The notes below the pieces were generated by a model, which worked only from the letters and a program-made list of their open reading frames with translations, made no database searches and was not told the DNA's origin. A program made the position numbers and the translations under genes. Source: an uncultured Candidatus Saccharibacteria bacterium (lineage in GTDB: Bacteria; Patescibacteriota; UBA1384; XYA2-FULL-43-10; 1-14-0-10-43-13). From it: DNA of 64,000 nt. Positions 19,776 through 30,115 of this stretch are shown here, one piece after another; position 1 is the first letter of the stretch, and every line of letters starts with the position of its first letter. The DNA is taken from contig CAYILA010000003.1 of the NCBI GenBank assembly GCA_964364265.1, positions 19,959 to 83,958 of the forward strand, read 5' to 3'.

Positions 19776-20732
19776 TTAAGATATTTCTTTAATATTATTC
19801 TTTATAATTTCGGCTGATTCTTTCAATTTCTTTTTTTCATCTTCATCTAAACTGATTTCAATAATACGATCAACGCCGTTTCTATTGATGACCGCCGGCA
19901 ATGACAGATAAATATCATCTAGACCATATAAATTGTCTACATAAACGGATACCGGAAAAATATGGTTTTCGTCGAACAATATCGCACGGACAATTTTTGT
20001 TACTGCCAGAGCGATGGCGTAGCAGGTATAACCTTTTTTTTCAATGACGGTGGCGGCGGAATTTTTGGTATCGAGGTAGGCCTTATCGACCTTTTCTTTT
20101 GAATAACCCTCTAAGTTTTCAATCGGTTCGCCCATAACATTGGAATGAGAGATAACCGGCACCTGGCTTTCACCGTGTTCTCCGATTAAAAATGCGCCCA
20201 TACTTTCAGCCGCGATATTGAATTCTTGGGCCAAAAAATACCTGAAACGGGCCGAATCAAGCGTTGTGCCGGTGCCGAAGACCTGATTGGAAGGATAACC
20301 GGATTCCTTGTAAGCAATATATGCAGTAACATCAAGAGGGTTTGTCACCATCAATATTATAGCGCCGGATGTTTGCTTTTTAATCTCGCCCACAATTCCC
20401 TTGACAATTTTAGAATTGGTTTTAGCCAGATCACGGCGGGTTTGGTCCGTCTTTTGGGCAATTCCGGCCGTAATCACAATTACATCGGCGTCCTTGCAGT
20501 CGTCATAACATCCTGCGTGAATATTAGTTTGGGGAACGAACGAAAGTCCGTGTTCAAGATCCAAAACCTCTCCCTCGCATTTTTTGGTATCCAGATCGAT
20601 AAGGACAATTTCAGATGCGATACCTTGAATCATCATAGAGAAAGCGGTCGATGATCCTACGGCTCCGGTGCCGATGATTACCACTTTATTTTTCTCATGC
20701 TCTTTTTCTTTTTTTGAGAATAATTTAAACAT
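19776..20732 (-). CDS. ldh: L-lactate dehydrogenase
   Basis: GTGAVG, AGIAQK (Gln specificity residue), LDSAR and GEHG motifs. Confidence 0.93.
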   Translation of the reverse strand: MFKLFSKKEKEHEKNKVVIIGTGAVGSSTAFSMMIQGIASEIVLIDLDTKKCEGEVLDLEHGLSFVPQTNIHAGCYDDCKDADVIVITAGIAQKTDQTRRDLAKTNSKIVKGIVGEIKKQTSGAIILMVTNPLDVTAYIAYKESGYPSNQVFGTGTTLDSARFRYFLAQEFNIAAESMGAFLIGEHGESQVPVISHSNVMGEPIENLEGYSKEKVDKAYLDTKNSAATVIEKKGYTCYAIALAVTKIVRAILFDENHIFPVSVYVDNLYGLDDIYLSLPAVINRNGVDRIIEISLDEDEKKKLKESAEIIKNNIKEIS

Positions 20733-20744
20733 TTCCCCTCTTTC

Positions 20745-21596
20745 CTATCTATTTTTTAAAATCTCTTCATTAATCATTTTGTCTTCAATCGAGCGCATTG
20801 ATTTGCGTCCATGCAAAATGGTGTAAACGGTTAATCGTAATCCTTTAGGCAAAAAGAAAAACAAATATTTTAGCAACGAAAGCAATGGCCATTTTCTTCC
20901 GACCGCTTTTGTTTGATGTAGTAATATCGCTTTTTTCAAATCAAAAACTGTCTTGCCTTCGAAAACAGTGTACCCCTGTCCGATGCCTTCTAAAATATGC
21001 GCGTCGCTTCCGCCGGACTCCGCTTTGTGGACAATTGTCTCGTTTAAAAATCTTGAGGCAAAGTTTTCGTTGCTTGATGTCGGTGTGGCGTTGATCACTT
21101 CGACCGCATCGATTCCATTTCGTTCCCGTATTGTCGATACGGCGCCAATCCCATTATACACCTCCATCCGTCCGCCGTTCATGCGAGTATAGTTAAACGG
21201 ATGCGGTATAACGCTGATTCCACCCTGATCCTTTATATTTTTTAAAGTATCGGAAACTGTCATATGGGGCGAGACCTTTTTCTTCAAGAATAACCCGACG
21301 ATATGTCCTTCTTTAGAGGTGATCTCTTCGCCGATGATGACTTGAAAACGATAATGGCCGTTTTTTACGATCTCCGCGGCTTTTTTTGCGCCCTCAATTG
21401 TATTATGATCGGTAATCGCAATTATTATCAGGTCGGTTTTGTTTTCGGTGTATTCAATAATTTCTTCTATCGTCGGTTTGCCGTCGGAATAATTACTGTG
21501 CATATGAAGATCGGCTTTGCTGACATGAGCCATTTTGCGAAGCTTGTTTATACTGTCCTCATATATTGATTGCCGGATAAATTGTTTTTTTGCCAT
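20745..21596 (-). CDS. PHP-domain phosphoesterase
   Basis: DLHMHS, ITDHN, GEE, HP and GSDAH motifs. Confidence 0.9.
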   Translation of the reverse strand: MAKKQFIRQSIYEDSINKLRKMAHVSKADLHMHSNYSDGKPTIEEIIEYTENKTDLIIIAITDHNTIEGAKKAAEIVKNGHYRFQVIIGEEITSKEGHIVGLFLKKKVSPHMTVSDTLKNIKDQGGISVIPHPFNYTRMNGGRMEVYNGIGAVSTIRERNGIDAVEVINATPTSSNENFASRFLNETIVHKAESGGSDAHILEGIGQGYTVFEGKTVFDLKKAILLHQTKAVGRKWPLLSLLKYLFFFLPKGLRLTVYTILHGRKSMRSIEDKMINEEILKNR

Positions 21597-22216
21597 TAAA
21601 ATAGGGTTATTTGCTCGCTGTTTCCCTTTTTACTTTCTAAAACCATATTCTCAATTTTTGTAATTACTTTTGGGATATTATCGAAGTCCGATTTAAAAGC
21701 ATTAAGCAAGTTTGTCGAGCGGAGGGCGGCGGCCGGATGGTACATCGGTATCAATACTCTCTTTTTTTGATTGAATAGTATCCAGCGAGGTTTGCCGTGA
21801 ACCTGAGATATCTTCATTCCGGATCCAAACTTTGCCATCGAAAATCTTCCCAATGTCACGATTATTTTTGGATCGATTATTTCAATCTGCCGGTCGACAA
21901 ATATCTTAAAGGCCTCGATCTCTTCCGGACTCGGATCGCGGTTCTCCGGCGGACGGTAATAAATGATATTTGATATCCAGATTTCGGGCCGCCGGATTCC
22001 AATACCTTCCAAGGTTTCATTTAATAGTTTGCCTGCGCGTCCGACAAAAGGAATACCTTTTTGATCTTCAAAAAACCCCGGCGCTTCGCCCAAAAAAAAG
22101 AGTGACGATCCAATATTTCCGTCTCCGAAAACCATCTGAGTCGCGCCTGATTTAAGCGGCAAATCCGCTTCAATCGCTTCTCTTTTTAATTTATCCAACT
22201 CTTCTTTTTTATCCAT
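21596..22216 (-). CDS. Uracil-DNA glycosylase, family 4-like
   Basis: GEAPG, PFVGRAG, RPPENR and YHPAA motifs. Confidence 0.92.
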   Translation of the reverse strand: MDKKEELDKLKREAIEADLPLKSGATQMVFGDGNIGSSLFFLGEAPGFFEDQKGIPFVGRAGKLLNETLEGIGIRRPEIWISNIIYYRPPENRDPSPEEIEAFKIFVDRQIEIIDPKIIVTLGRFSMAKFGSGMKISQVHGKPRWILFNQKKRVLIPMYHPAAALRSTNLLNAFKSDFDNIPKVITKIENMVLESKKGNSEQITLF

Positions 22217-22240
22217 CGCTACAACTATATCGCGCTTGAA

Positions 22241-23209
22241 CTAAAAAATCAAAACCCGTTTTTTGAATTGTTCCATCAATTCAATCGCTTCTTCCGCTGA
22301 TTTTGCTTTCATTAAAGATATCTTCAAATCTTTTGTGTCGGCGTTTCCCTTTAAGTATGATGCAAAATGTTTATTCATCAAGACAAAATTCTTATCATTT
22401 TCAAAGTATTTATCGAAAGTGCCGGCATGTTCGATCATCACATTTAAAATGGCGCCGATATTAAGATTTTCTTTTCTCGCGCGGCTTGAAAAAACCCAGG
22501 GATTACCGGAACTGGCCCTGCCTATCATCGCGCCGTCGAGTCTATATTTCCGGGAAATCTCTCGAGCTTTATGATATGAATCAATATCGCCGTTTCCGAT
22601 TAAAACCGTGTCATAACCGATAAAGTATTTTTGAATCTTTTTATATACTTCAAAATGATTCGGAACCCTCCACATCTCTTGCTTGGTTCTGGCGTGGATT
22701 GTTAAGGCGGAAATGCCGCAATCCAAAAGTATCGGGATCCATTGTTCGGATGTATCTTTTTCAAAACCGATTCGAGTTTTGACTGAGATCGGAATATTTT
22801 TTAACCCTTCTTTTGTGGCTTTGATAATTCCCCTTGCCTTATCGGGATTTAATATCAATGCCGACCCGGCTCCCATTTTCACCACTGATTTATCGGGACA
22901 ACCCATATTAATATCGACTCCGTCAAACCCGAGCTTTTCAATCTTTTCAGCCGCAATTTTAAATAGTTTTGGATCCGATCCGAACAATTGAGCGACGATC
23001 GGTCGCTCAATTTTATCGTATTGTAAATCAATCTTTATTTTATTAAAACCCGCATCCGAACAGATTCCGTCAACCGAGGCAAATTCGGTAAATATAACAT
23101 CCGGCTGGCCGTATTTGGCGGTGATGAAACGAAAAGCGGCGTCGGTCACTCCTTCCATTGGAGCTAAGGCTAAAAAAGGATAATTTAATTTTTTCCAAAA
23201 GTTTTTCAA
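22241..23209 (-). CDS. tRNA-dihydrouridine synthase
   Basis: LAPMEG, DINMGCP, HART and GNGDI motifs. Confidence 0.93.
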   Translation of the reverse strand: MKNFWKKLNYPFLALAPMEGVTDAAFRFITAKYGQPDVIFTEFASVDGICSDAGFNKIKIDLQYDKIERPIVAQLFGSDPKLFKIAAEKIEKLGFDGVDINMGCPDKSVVKMGAGSALILNPDKARGIIKATKEGLKNIPISVKTRIGFEKDTSEQWIPILLDCGISALTIHARTKQEMWRVPNHFEVYKKIQKYFIGYDTVLIGNGDIDSYHKAREISRKYRLDGAMIGRASSGNPWVFSSRARKENLNIGAILNVMIEHAGTFDKYFENDKNFVLMNKHFASYLKGNADTKDLKISLMKAKSAEEAIELMEQFKKRVLIF

Positions 23210-23235
23210 GATTTAGAGCGTTATTTTAATCAATG

Positions 23236-23916
23236 TTATTTGACAATCCGGCCGTCAACTACTCGGATAATCCGATGGCAAAGTTTAGCCACATCCGGAT
23301 TATGGGTGACCATCACAAAAGTTTGTCCGGATTCTTTATTCAGTTTAATTATCATATCCATAATCTCTTTTCCGGATTTAGTATCAAGATTTCCGGTCGG
23401 TTCGTCGGCCAATATGATATCGGGGTTGTTTATTAAAGCCCTGGCGATCGCCACTCTTTGCTGTTGGCCGCCTGATAATTCATTGGGTAAATGATTGGCT
23501 CTTTCTAAAAGACCGACTTTTTCGAGTTCTTCCAGCGCGATTTCTTTTGATTTTGATTTCTTGGTTCCGGCGTATTTCAAAGGCAGCATAACATTTTCCA
23601 GAGCGGTTAAGGATGGAATCAGAGAATAATTTTGAAAAATGTAACCGATATGTCGGTTGCGTAGAGCGGCTAACTGTTTGCGCGAAAGTGTTTTTGTTTT
23701 AATGTCTCCGACCATAACCGTTCCGCTCGTCGGTTGATCCAGAATCCCAAGCATATTCAAAAGGGTCGATTTGCCCGAGCCGGAAGGTCCCATAATCGCC
23801 ACCATCTCACCCTTTTTGGCTTCAAAATCCACGCCGCAAAGGGCCTGGACGACATTATCTTTACCCATCTGATAGGATTTCGTTACATCTTTAATTTTAA
23901 GCGCGATATTTTTCAT
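23236..23916 (-). CDS. ABC transporter ATP-binding protein (LolD/MacB type)
   Basis: GPSGSGKS, LSGGQQQR and DEPTGNLD motifs. Confidence 0.95.
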   Translation of the reverse strand: MKNIALKIKDVTKSYQMGKDNVVQALCGVDFEAKKGEMVAIMGPSGSGKSTLLNMLGILDQPTSGTVMVGDIKTKTLSRKQLAALRNRHIGYIFQNYSLIPSLTALENVMLPLKYAGTKKSKSKEIALEELEKVGLLERANHLPNELSGGQQQRVAIARALINNPDIILADEPTGNLDTKSGKEIMDMIIKLNKESGQTFVMVTHNPDVAKLCHRIIRVVDGRIVK

Positions 23917-23922
23917 ATTTTC

Positions 23923-25203
23923 CTATTCCTCCCTTAACGCTTTAACTAGATTCAGACGCGAAGCTCTCCAAGCCGGAATTACGCCTGCTACGATTCCAAG
24001 AATGAAGGAGAAAGCAATCACTTCTACAATAAAATTGGTATCGAGTAAAAATATCTCCGCGCCCTTACTTTCTAATTTATTATTAACCAAAACTATCATA
24101 ATAATACCCATACCAAGCCCGACTATCCCTCCGATCAGTCCTATCATGCCGGCTTCCAGGGTATACTCCCTGGCCACCGCGCCATCGGTCGCTCCGATTG
24201 CCTTCTTAATGCCTATTTCACGAGTTCGTTCAGAGATCGACATAATCATGGTATTGATAATTGAAAAACTTCCGACTATAAGCGCCAGAAGAGCGGCGCC
24301 GAGTATCACGGCATTAAACATAACCATGGCTTTGTCAATCTGTTCGCCCATGGATTTAGGGGATAAAACCGTAACTTTGTCTCCAAATTGATCCTTAATT
24401 CGGTTTGAAACTGTCTCCGAATCATATCCGTCCTTCCATGATACCGAGGCGCCGGTCGAAAGGTCCTCCATCTTGAATGTCTTGGCTTGTTGAAGTTGGG
24501 TTCTGATGTCGGCCGGCAGTTTTGCCATTGCGGCATCGGATGTCTGGGATGCCTTGTCGGATTGTTCCTTCAGAGAATTTAAGAATGGATTTGACAAAAC
24601 CAGCATCTCCCGGGCCGGGTTAATCGACATCATGGCAAAGCTGTCAGGACCGGTCATCGTTTTGTTCATTACACCCAAAACAGTAAATTCCTTGCCGCGG
24701 ATAGTAATTTTATCGCCGGCGCGGACTTTTTTGTCGGTAGCGATACTGATACCGAGAACAACTTGATCGTCTCTATCTCCTCTTTGAAGCATTCTGCCCT
24801 CTTTCATCGACAGAGTGGTCCAGTTGCGGTTTTGGAATGTTGAATTTAGGTCGTATCCCTCGATTGTCGGCGGCACGCCCATATTGAGGCTGATATTATT
24901 CGGATCCGGTTCGGCATACGGCAATTCTACTCCAGCGCCAACCGCCTCGACGCCTTCAACCTCTGCGATTTGATTTAATGTATCAAGCGGTAGAGTGTTT
25001 GTCGCGCTTGGTCCAAAACCGGCGCTACCTTTTGGCATAATTGTAATTTGACCGGTTATATATCTTTTTCCGCCATCAATCATCTTGTTGAATTTTAAGG
25101 CCAAGGAACCCATTACTGTAAAAGCAAATATCCCGATGGCGATGCCCATTATGGTCAAAAAAGTTCTAAATTTCCGGCGCCACATATTTCTAAATATTTC
25201 CAT
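23923..25203 (-). CDS. ABC transporter permease (MacB/FtsX family)
   Basis: One N-terminal TM, a large extracellular domain, ERTREIG, and three C-terminal TMs. Confidence 0.92.
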   Translation of the reverse strand: MEIFRNMWRRKFRTFLTIMGIAIGIFAFTVMGSLALKFNKMIDGGKRYITGQITIMPKGSAGFGPSATNTLPLDTLNQIAEVEGVEAVGAGVELPYAEPDPNNISLNMGVPPTIEGYDLNSTFQNRNWTTLSMKEGRMLQRGDRDDQVVLGISIATDKKVRAGDKITIRGKEFTVLGVMNKTMTGPDSFAMMSINPAREMLVLSNPFLNSLKEQSDKASQTSDAAMAKLPADIRTQLQQAKTFKMEDLSTGASVSWKDGYDSETVSNRIKDQFGDKVTVLSPKSMGEQIDKAMVMFNAVILGAALLALIVGSFSIINTMIMSISERTREIGIKKAIGATDGAVAREYTLEAGMIGLIGGIVGLGMGIIMIVLVNNKLESKGAEIFLLDTNFIVEVIAFSFILGIVAGVIPAWRASRLNLVKALREE

Positions 25204-25322
25204 AAGACCTTTCCTTAATTCACTAATTGATTATTGCACAAATATTAAATTATGCAAGTCAGAAAATGTATACGACAACAAAAGAGAGTGTTTTTCAACT
25301 CTCTTTTTAGGAGGAAGATGGA

Positions 25323-25541
25323 CTATTTTTTGCGTCGCCAGATTCCAATTCTGTGAAAACTTCTTCTGGCTAACTGGGCGTGATTTCCCAATGTTCCGAC
25401 CGCTTTTTTGGTCGCAAGTCTCAAACTCTTATAACTTTCCCGCGCACATTCCCCTTTATATATCATTTTCTGTCGGCTGTACGGCGGACTGTTGACAAGG
25501 ACATATACCGGTTCTAGCCTTTGAAATAAATTATTTTTCAT
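25323..25541 (-). CDS. Small basic hypothetical protein
   Basis: AAGGAG RBS, a downstream terminator hairpin at about 25280-25308, and an upstream ECF-like promoter. Confidence 0.4.
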   Translation of the reverse strand: MKNNLFQRLEPVYVLVNSPPYSRQKMIYKGECARESYKSLRLATKKAVGTLGNHAQLARRSFHRIGIWRRKK

Positions 25542-25622
25542 ATAGCTCCTTTTTTGAAAAGGTGCCGGCCGGCTGTTTGTCTCATTGTTTATGTTTTGAG
25601 ACTTTTATTGCCTCTTCACTGA

Positions 25623-25653
25623 CTAATACGAAAATTAAAATATTAAGATTTCA
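25623..25653 (-). promoter_or_regulatory. ECF-type promoter
   Basis: TGAAATC-N16-CGTATTAG immediately after the sigma/anti-sigma pair. Confidence 0.5.
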
Positions 25654-25656
25654 TAA

Positions 25657-26373
25657 TTATTTACAACCGGGATGATACTCAATCAGGGATTGGCTTTTAT
25701 AAACTGATTTAATCTTTTCCGGAATAATTTCAGCGTTGTTTTCAACTTTTCCGTAAACCATAACCATTTGACAAGAGCTGGCATAATTTAAAATGTTTCG
25801 ATTGTCGGTGTCCAGCAGCCACAACTGACCATTATAATCTTTGATGTAAATATTGTTCGCTTGCATGACGACACGCCCGACAATAAAGCCCTTTTCCGGT
25901 TCGATCAGATTATTTATTATCTTCTCTTCATAACTATCGTATATGGGCAAAGAAGCCGAACTGAATTTATCCAATATTAAACCGTAACCTCGAATCTGCA
26001 TTAAAAACGCCATCAGGATAATTATTGAAAATGAGAAAATAATCAAGCCCCTTCTTTCGATTCGATAGCCGCATCTTGTTTTCCTGATTATCCAGAAGAA
26101 TAGGTAGGACGAACAGACGAATACGGCAAACCAGAAATAAGGGGCGACAATTGTTAGATATTCCATCAAAGTAATATGGCCGTAATCCAAAATCTCCCAA
26201 TCGGTCTCGAAAATAATGCTGACAATTATTCCAAATGACAAAACCATAAAAAATATCGATATCAACGATATCGACCAGATGGCTTCTTCCTTCAAAGAAA
26301 AACACCAAGCGGGTGTCGGTTTGATTGATTTTGTTTTGATTTCCTTAAAAATTTTCGAACTAAGGTCTTTCAT
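25657..26373 (-). CDS. Membrane protein, putative anti-sigma factor
   Basis: Three TMs. Overlaps the 3' end of the ECF sigma gene. Confidence 0.6.
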   Translation of the reverse strand: MKDLSSKIFKEIKTKSIKPTPAWCFSLKEEAIWSISLISIFFMVLSFGIIVSIIFETDWEILDYGHITLMEYLTIVAPYFWFAVFVCSSYLFFWIIRKTRCGYRIERRGLIIFSFSIIILMAFLMQIRGYGLILDKFSSASLPIYDSYEEKIINNLIEPEKGFIVGRVVMQANNIYIKDYNGQLWLLDTDNRNILNYASSCQMVMVYGKVENNAEIIPEKIKSVYKSQSLIEYHPGCK

Positions 26374-26941
26374 TTTTTGGGATTTGTTTTTCTGCCGCTT
26401 TTTTGAACAATTGCTTAGCCCTGTTTATCAATGTGGCGACAGTACCTTTTGGTTTCTTTAAAATATATGAAATTTCGTTATAATTTTTTTCCTCTAAATA
26501 TCTCAGCACCAAAACACTTTTATACTTTGGCTTTAAGGTGTCGAGAACTTTTGCGACACTCATCTTGGTTATCTCTGCTTCTGCTTCCTTTTCGAGGTTT
26601 GTTTGATCCGGAAGCAACTCAAAAATATCGAAATCCTCTTCAAATGATACTACGCTCGGTCTGGCTTTTATTTTTCGGTAATAAGAAATGGCTTCGTTGT
26701 GCGAGATTCTGTAAATCCAACTTGAAAACTTCTGATTTTTGTCGAATGAATTTAAATTCTTATATGCTTTAATAAACACTTCTTGCAAAATATCCTCGAT
26801 GTCTTCGTCGGAGGAGACCAATAATCTTCTGATATACCGAGACAACTTTCCCTCATACCTTTTCATAAGGTAAATATAGTATGAGTCGTCTTTCAATACC
26901 AGATCGATTAGTTTTTCATCACTAATGTTATTTATATTCAT
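26360..26941 (-). CDS. ECF RNA polymerase sigma factor
   Basis: EDILQEVFIKAY, FSSWIYRI and GTVATLINRA motifs. Confidence 0.93.
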   Translation of the reverse strand: MNINNISDEKLIDLVLKDDSYYIYLMKRYEGKLSRYIRRLLVSSDEDIEDILQEVFIKAYKNLNSFDKNQKFSSWIYRISHNEAISYYRKIKARPSVVSFEEDFDIFELLPDQTNLEKEAEAEITKMSVAKVLDTLKPKYKSVLVLRYLEEKNYNEISYILKKPKGTVATLINRAKQLFKKAAEKQIPKNERP

Positions 26942-27069
26942 AAATCGTCGATTATCAACTTCGCTTTTAAGATACCATCTTGGAAAAATTAATCAAAGCC
27001 GCCGCACATTATATATAGTGTTTATTTATTGCCGGATTTCCAGTATCATATTGCCAAGAAAGGATAAAT

Positions 27070-28155
27070 ATGAATTATGCTGTAATTATGGCAGGTGGTC
27101 AGGGCACAAGGTTGTGGCCTCTTTCAAGAAAGAACATGCCCAAACAACTCCACCGTTTATCAAGCGATAAATCATTAATTCAGGAAACTGTTGGAAGATT
27201 GTTGCCCATTTTCAAACCGGACCAGATTTTTATTTCCACCACACCTGAATATCAGGAAGAGATTAATAATCAGTTACCGGAAATCCCAGCAAAGAATTAT
27301 ATAATTGAACCGGTCGCCATGGGCAACGCCGCCGCCTGCGGTTTGGCGACAATGCTGATAGCCAAAAAAGATCCGGAAGCGAATATTATTTTCTATCCCG
27401 CAGATCAATCTATTAAAAATGAAGAAAGATTTCAACAAACCTTGCAATATGCATTTCTTCAACTAAACCAACATCCGGATCATATAATTACAATTGGTAT
27501 TGAGCCGAACCGACCGGATACCGGGTTAGGTTATATCCAGATGGCAGAAGAAATCAATTTTGATAAGGAAAAGAATTTACGAATAAATAAGGTTAAATGC
27601 TTTGTTGAAAAACCGGATCAGGAAACTGCAGTTTCATATATCTCCTCGAGTCAATATCTGTGGAACGCTGGCATTTTTATTTGGCAGACAGATAATTTTA
27701 TCAAATTAGTCCAAGATCATCTTCCGAATATTTATTCGGTATTAAAAACTATTACAGATTCATACAATAGCGACAGGTATGATGATGTATTAAATAGTGA
27801 GTATCCCAATATTGAAAACATAACAGTTGATTACGGAATAATGGAGAAGACTGACAAGATTCTTGTGGTTCCGGGTGATTTTGGTTGGAGCGATATCGGC
27901 AACTGGAGCACACTATTTGAAATATTATCTGAAATAGAAGGAACCAATGTTGTATCGCGCGGAGAACATATCAGCATTGAGGATGAAAACTCAATTGTAT
28001 TTTCCGGTGAAAAGTTAATCGCAACTATCGGGTTGAAAGATATCGTGGTGGTAGACACTCCGGACGCCACTCTAATTTGCGACCGGAACCGAGCCCATCA
28101 AGTGAAAGATTTACTCAATAAATTAAAAGAAGAAGGCAAGGAAAATTATTTATAA
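27070..28155 (+). CDS. manC: Mannose-1-phosphate guanylyltransferase
   Basis: MAGGQGTRLWP, PKQ, FVEKP and WSDIG motifs. Confidence 0.92.
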   Translation: MNYAVIMAGGQGTRLWPLSRKNMPKQLHRLSSDKSLIQETVGRLLPIFKPDQIFISTTPEYQEEINNQLPEIPAKNYIIEPVAMGNAAACGLATMLIAKKDPEANIIFYPADQSIKNEERFQQTLQYAFLQLNQHPDHIITIGIEPNRPDTGLGYIQMAEEINFDKEKNLRINKVKCFVEKPDQETAVSYISSSQYLWNAGIFIWQTDNFIKLVQDHLPNIYSVLKTITDSYNSDRYDDVLNSEYPNIENITVDYGIMEKTDKILVVPGDFGWSDIGNWSTLFEILSEIEGTNVVSRGEHISIEDENSIVFSGEKLIATIGLKDIVVVDTPDATLICDRNRAHQVKDLLNKLKEEGKENYL

Positions 28156-28163
28156 AGGACTAT

Positions 28164-29525
28164 ATGGGAAAAGAAATACCATCGGAAATATTTAGATCAT
28201 ACGACATTAGAGGATTGTATCCTTTTCAGCTGGATGAAAAACTAGCCTACAGAATCGCTCAAGCTTACGTAAAATATGTTCAACCGGAAGGCAAAATCGT
28301 TGTCGGTTATGATGTTCGAACTTCCTCCCCAAAGCTTCAGGAGTCGGTCATATCGGGTTTAACCGACGCCGGTATCGATGTCGTTAATATCGGGATGGTT
28401 TCAACCGATATGTATTATTTCGCTGCTGGAAACTATAACTATGCTGGCGGAATTATGATTACCGCTTCTCATAATCCGGCTGAATATAACGGTCTTAAGA
28501 TGGTAAGAGAAAATGTTTACCCTCTGTTTGGTGAAGAAGGAATAAATCAAATTAGGGATATGATTTTAAATAACGAAGAGAAAATCAAATCCGAAAATAC
28601 CGGGATAACTGAAAATAAGGATGTATTAAACGACTTCTCTGATTTTGTACAAGGGTTGATTGATGTAGATTCCGTAAAGCCACTAAAAGTTGTAATGAAC
28701 GCGAATTTCGGTTACCAAGCTGTTGTTGCCGACCACATTATTAAAAGAGCAAAACTTCCCATCACTTTAGTGGGTTTAAATGACCAGCCGGATGGAACAT
28801 TTCCGAAAGGAAGGCCTGATCCATATGTCCCAGAAAACAGACCTGAATTTGTTGAGCTTGTTAAATCTGAAAATGCTGATTTTGGCGTTGCTTGGGATGC
28901 GGATGGTGACAGGGTCTTCTTTTGCACCGGCAACGGTGTATTTGTTGACGCATATTATATTAATTCCTTATTGATTAAAGAAATGTTGGCAAAAAGCGAC
29001 GACAAAAATATCATCTATGAACCCCGCTATACCTGGGCAATTATCGATGCAGCAAAAGAAGCCGGTGGAAATGCCATCGCAGAACGCGTCGGCCATTCCT
29101 ATATTAAAGCCAGGATGAAGAAAGAGAACGCAATATTTTGCGGCGAGTCATCGGGGCATACATATTTTAGAGATTTTTGGTACGCCGATGCCGGTATGAT
29201 TCCGTTTATACTAATGCTAGAAATTATTAGTAAATCCGGCAAATCGCTTGATGATCTGATAATGCCGATTATCAACAAATATCCGATTTCCGGAGAGATT
29301 AATTCTACAGTTGACGACAAGGATGCCGTCCTTTCAGAGATTAGAGAGACATATTCTGACGCCGAATTCAATACTCTTGATGGTTTGTCGCTCGAATATC
29401 CTGATTGGCGAGCCAATATCCGTGCTTCTAATACTGAACCTCTATTACGCTTGAATGTCGAGGCCAAGACTAAAGAACTGGTCGAGGATAAGACCCAAGA
29501 GCTCTTAAATATTATCCGTAGTTAA
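28164..29525 (+). CDS. manB: Phosphomannomutase/phosphoglucomutase
   Basis: TASHNP, DADGDR, GESSGH and RASNTEP motifs. Confidence 0.92.
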   Translation: MGKEIPSEIFRSYDIRGLYPFQLDEKLAYRIAQAYVKYVQPEGKIVVGYDVRTSSPKLQESVISGLTDAGIDVVNIGMVSTDMYYFAAGNYNYAGGIMITASHNPAEYNGLKMVRENVYPLFGEEGINQIRDMILNNEEKIKSENTGITENKDVLNDFSDFVQGLIDVDSVKPLKVVMNANFGYQAVVADHIIKRAKLPITLVGLNDQPDGTFPKGRPDPYVPENRPEFVELVKSENADFGVAWDADGDRVFFCTGNGVFVDAYYINSLLIKEMLAKSDDKNIIYEPRYTWAIIDAAKEAGGNAIAERVGHSYIKARMKKENAIFCGESSGHTYFRDFWYADAGMIPFILMLEIISKSGKSLDDLIMPIINKYPISGEINSTVDDKDAVLSEIRETYSDAEFNTLDGLSLEYPDWRANIRASNTEPLLRLNVEAKTKELVEDKTQELLNIIRS

Positions 29526-29605
29526 GCTGTCCCTCCCCCATTATCTCCTTCTCCTAATCTCAATTAATTAAAAGTACTGATAAGGTATTATAATTAATCA
29601 CCTTT

Positions 29606-29623
29606 TCTGGACGGCCGTCCAGA
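29606..29623. repeat. Perfect 18-bp palindrome
   Basis: TCTGGACGGCCGTCCAGA. Confidence 0.6.
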
Positions 29624-29653
29624 TTTAGGGATATTAGTTAATATATGTGGAAT

Positions 29654-29693
29654 AGAAAAGGCGGAGGATCCCGTGTGGGGAAACTCCGCCTTC
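29654..29693 (-). terminator. Intrinsic terminator
   Basis: AAGGCGGAG...CTCCGCCTT hairpin between convergent genes. Confidence 0.65.
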
Positions 29694-29705
29694 TAAACTT
29701 TGCCG

Positions 29706-30002
29706 CTAGTTTTTTGCTAGTGGCAATTTCACCCGGTCACCCGGGTGAAGCTTCCCCGGGTCAAGCCCGGGGTTTGTCTCTCTGAATACTTCCCGAAGTG
29801 TCCAGAGAGACACTCGATTGTCCTGAAGCAGGCCGGCCCGCTCCAAGAGTCGGTCCTCGCCGTCGCTCGCTTGGACGACGAGGACCACGCGTGGCCGAGC
29901 TAAAAGCTCGGCCTTTACACGAGCCTGGCGGTGTACTGGTGACACCGTCCAGACTGACCAGAGCGCGGCCAGAATGGCCGCGAGGATGAGAAGTTTTTTC
30001 AT
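29706..30002 (-). CDS. Small membrane-anchored LysM-like protein
   Basis: Signal/TM segment MKKLLILAA, C-terminal NPGLDPGKLHPGDRVKLP, GC-rich coding sequence. Confidence 0.6.
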   Translation of the reverse strand: MKKLLILAAILAALWSVWTVSPVHRQARVKAELLARPRVVLVVQASDGEDRLLERAGLLQDNRVSLWTLREVFRETNPGLDPGKLHPGDRVKLPLAKN

Positions 30003-30115
30003 AACTTCCCTTCCTAGGCGGCCTAGCCGCCGGTCGTGAGCGTTGACCTTTCGGGTCAGCTCGCGCCTGATATTATAAGTTAATAGCAAGCGTGAACTGA
30101 CTCTAAACAACTGGC

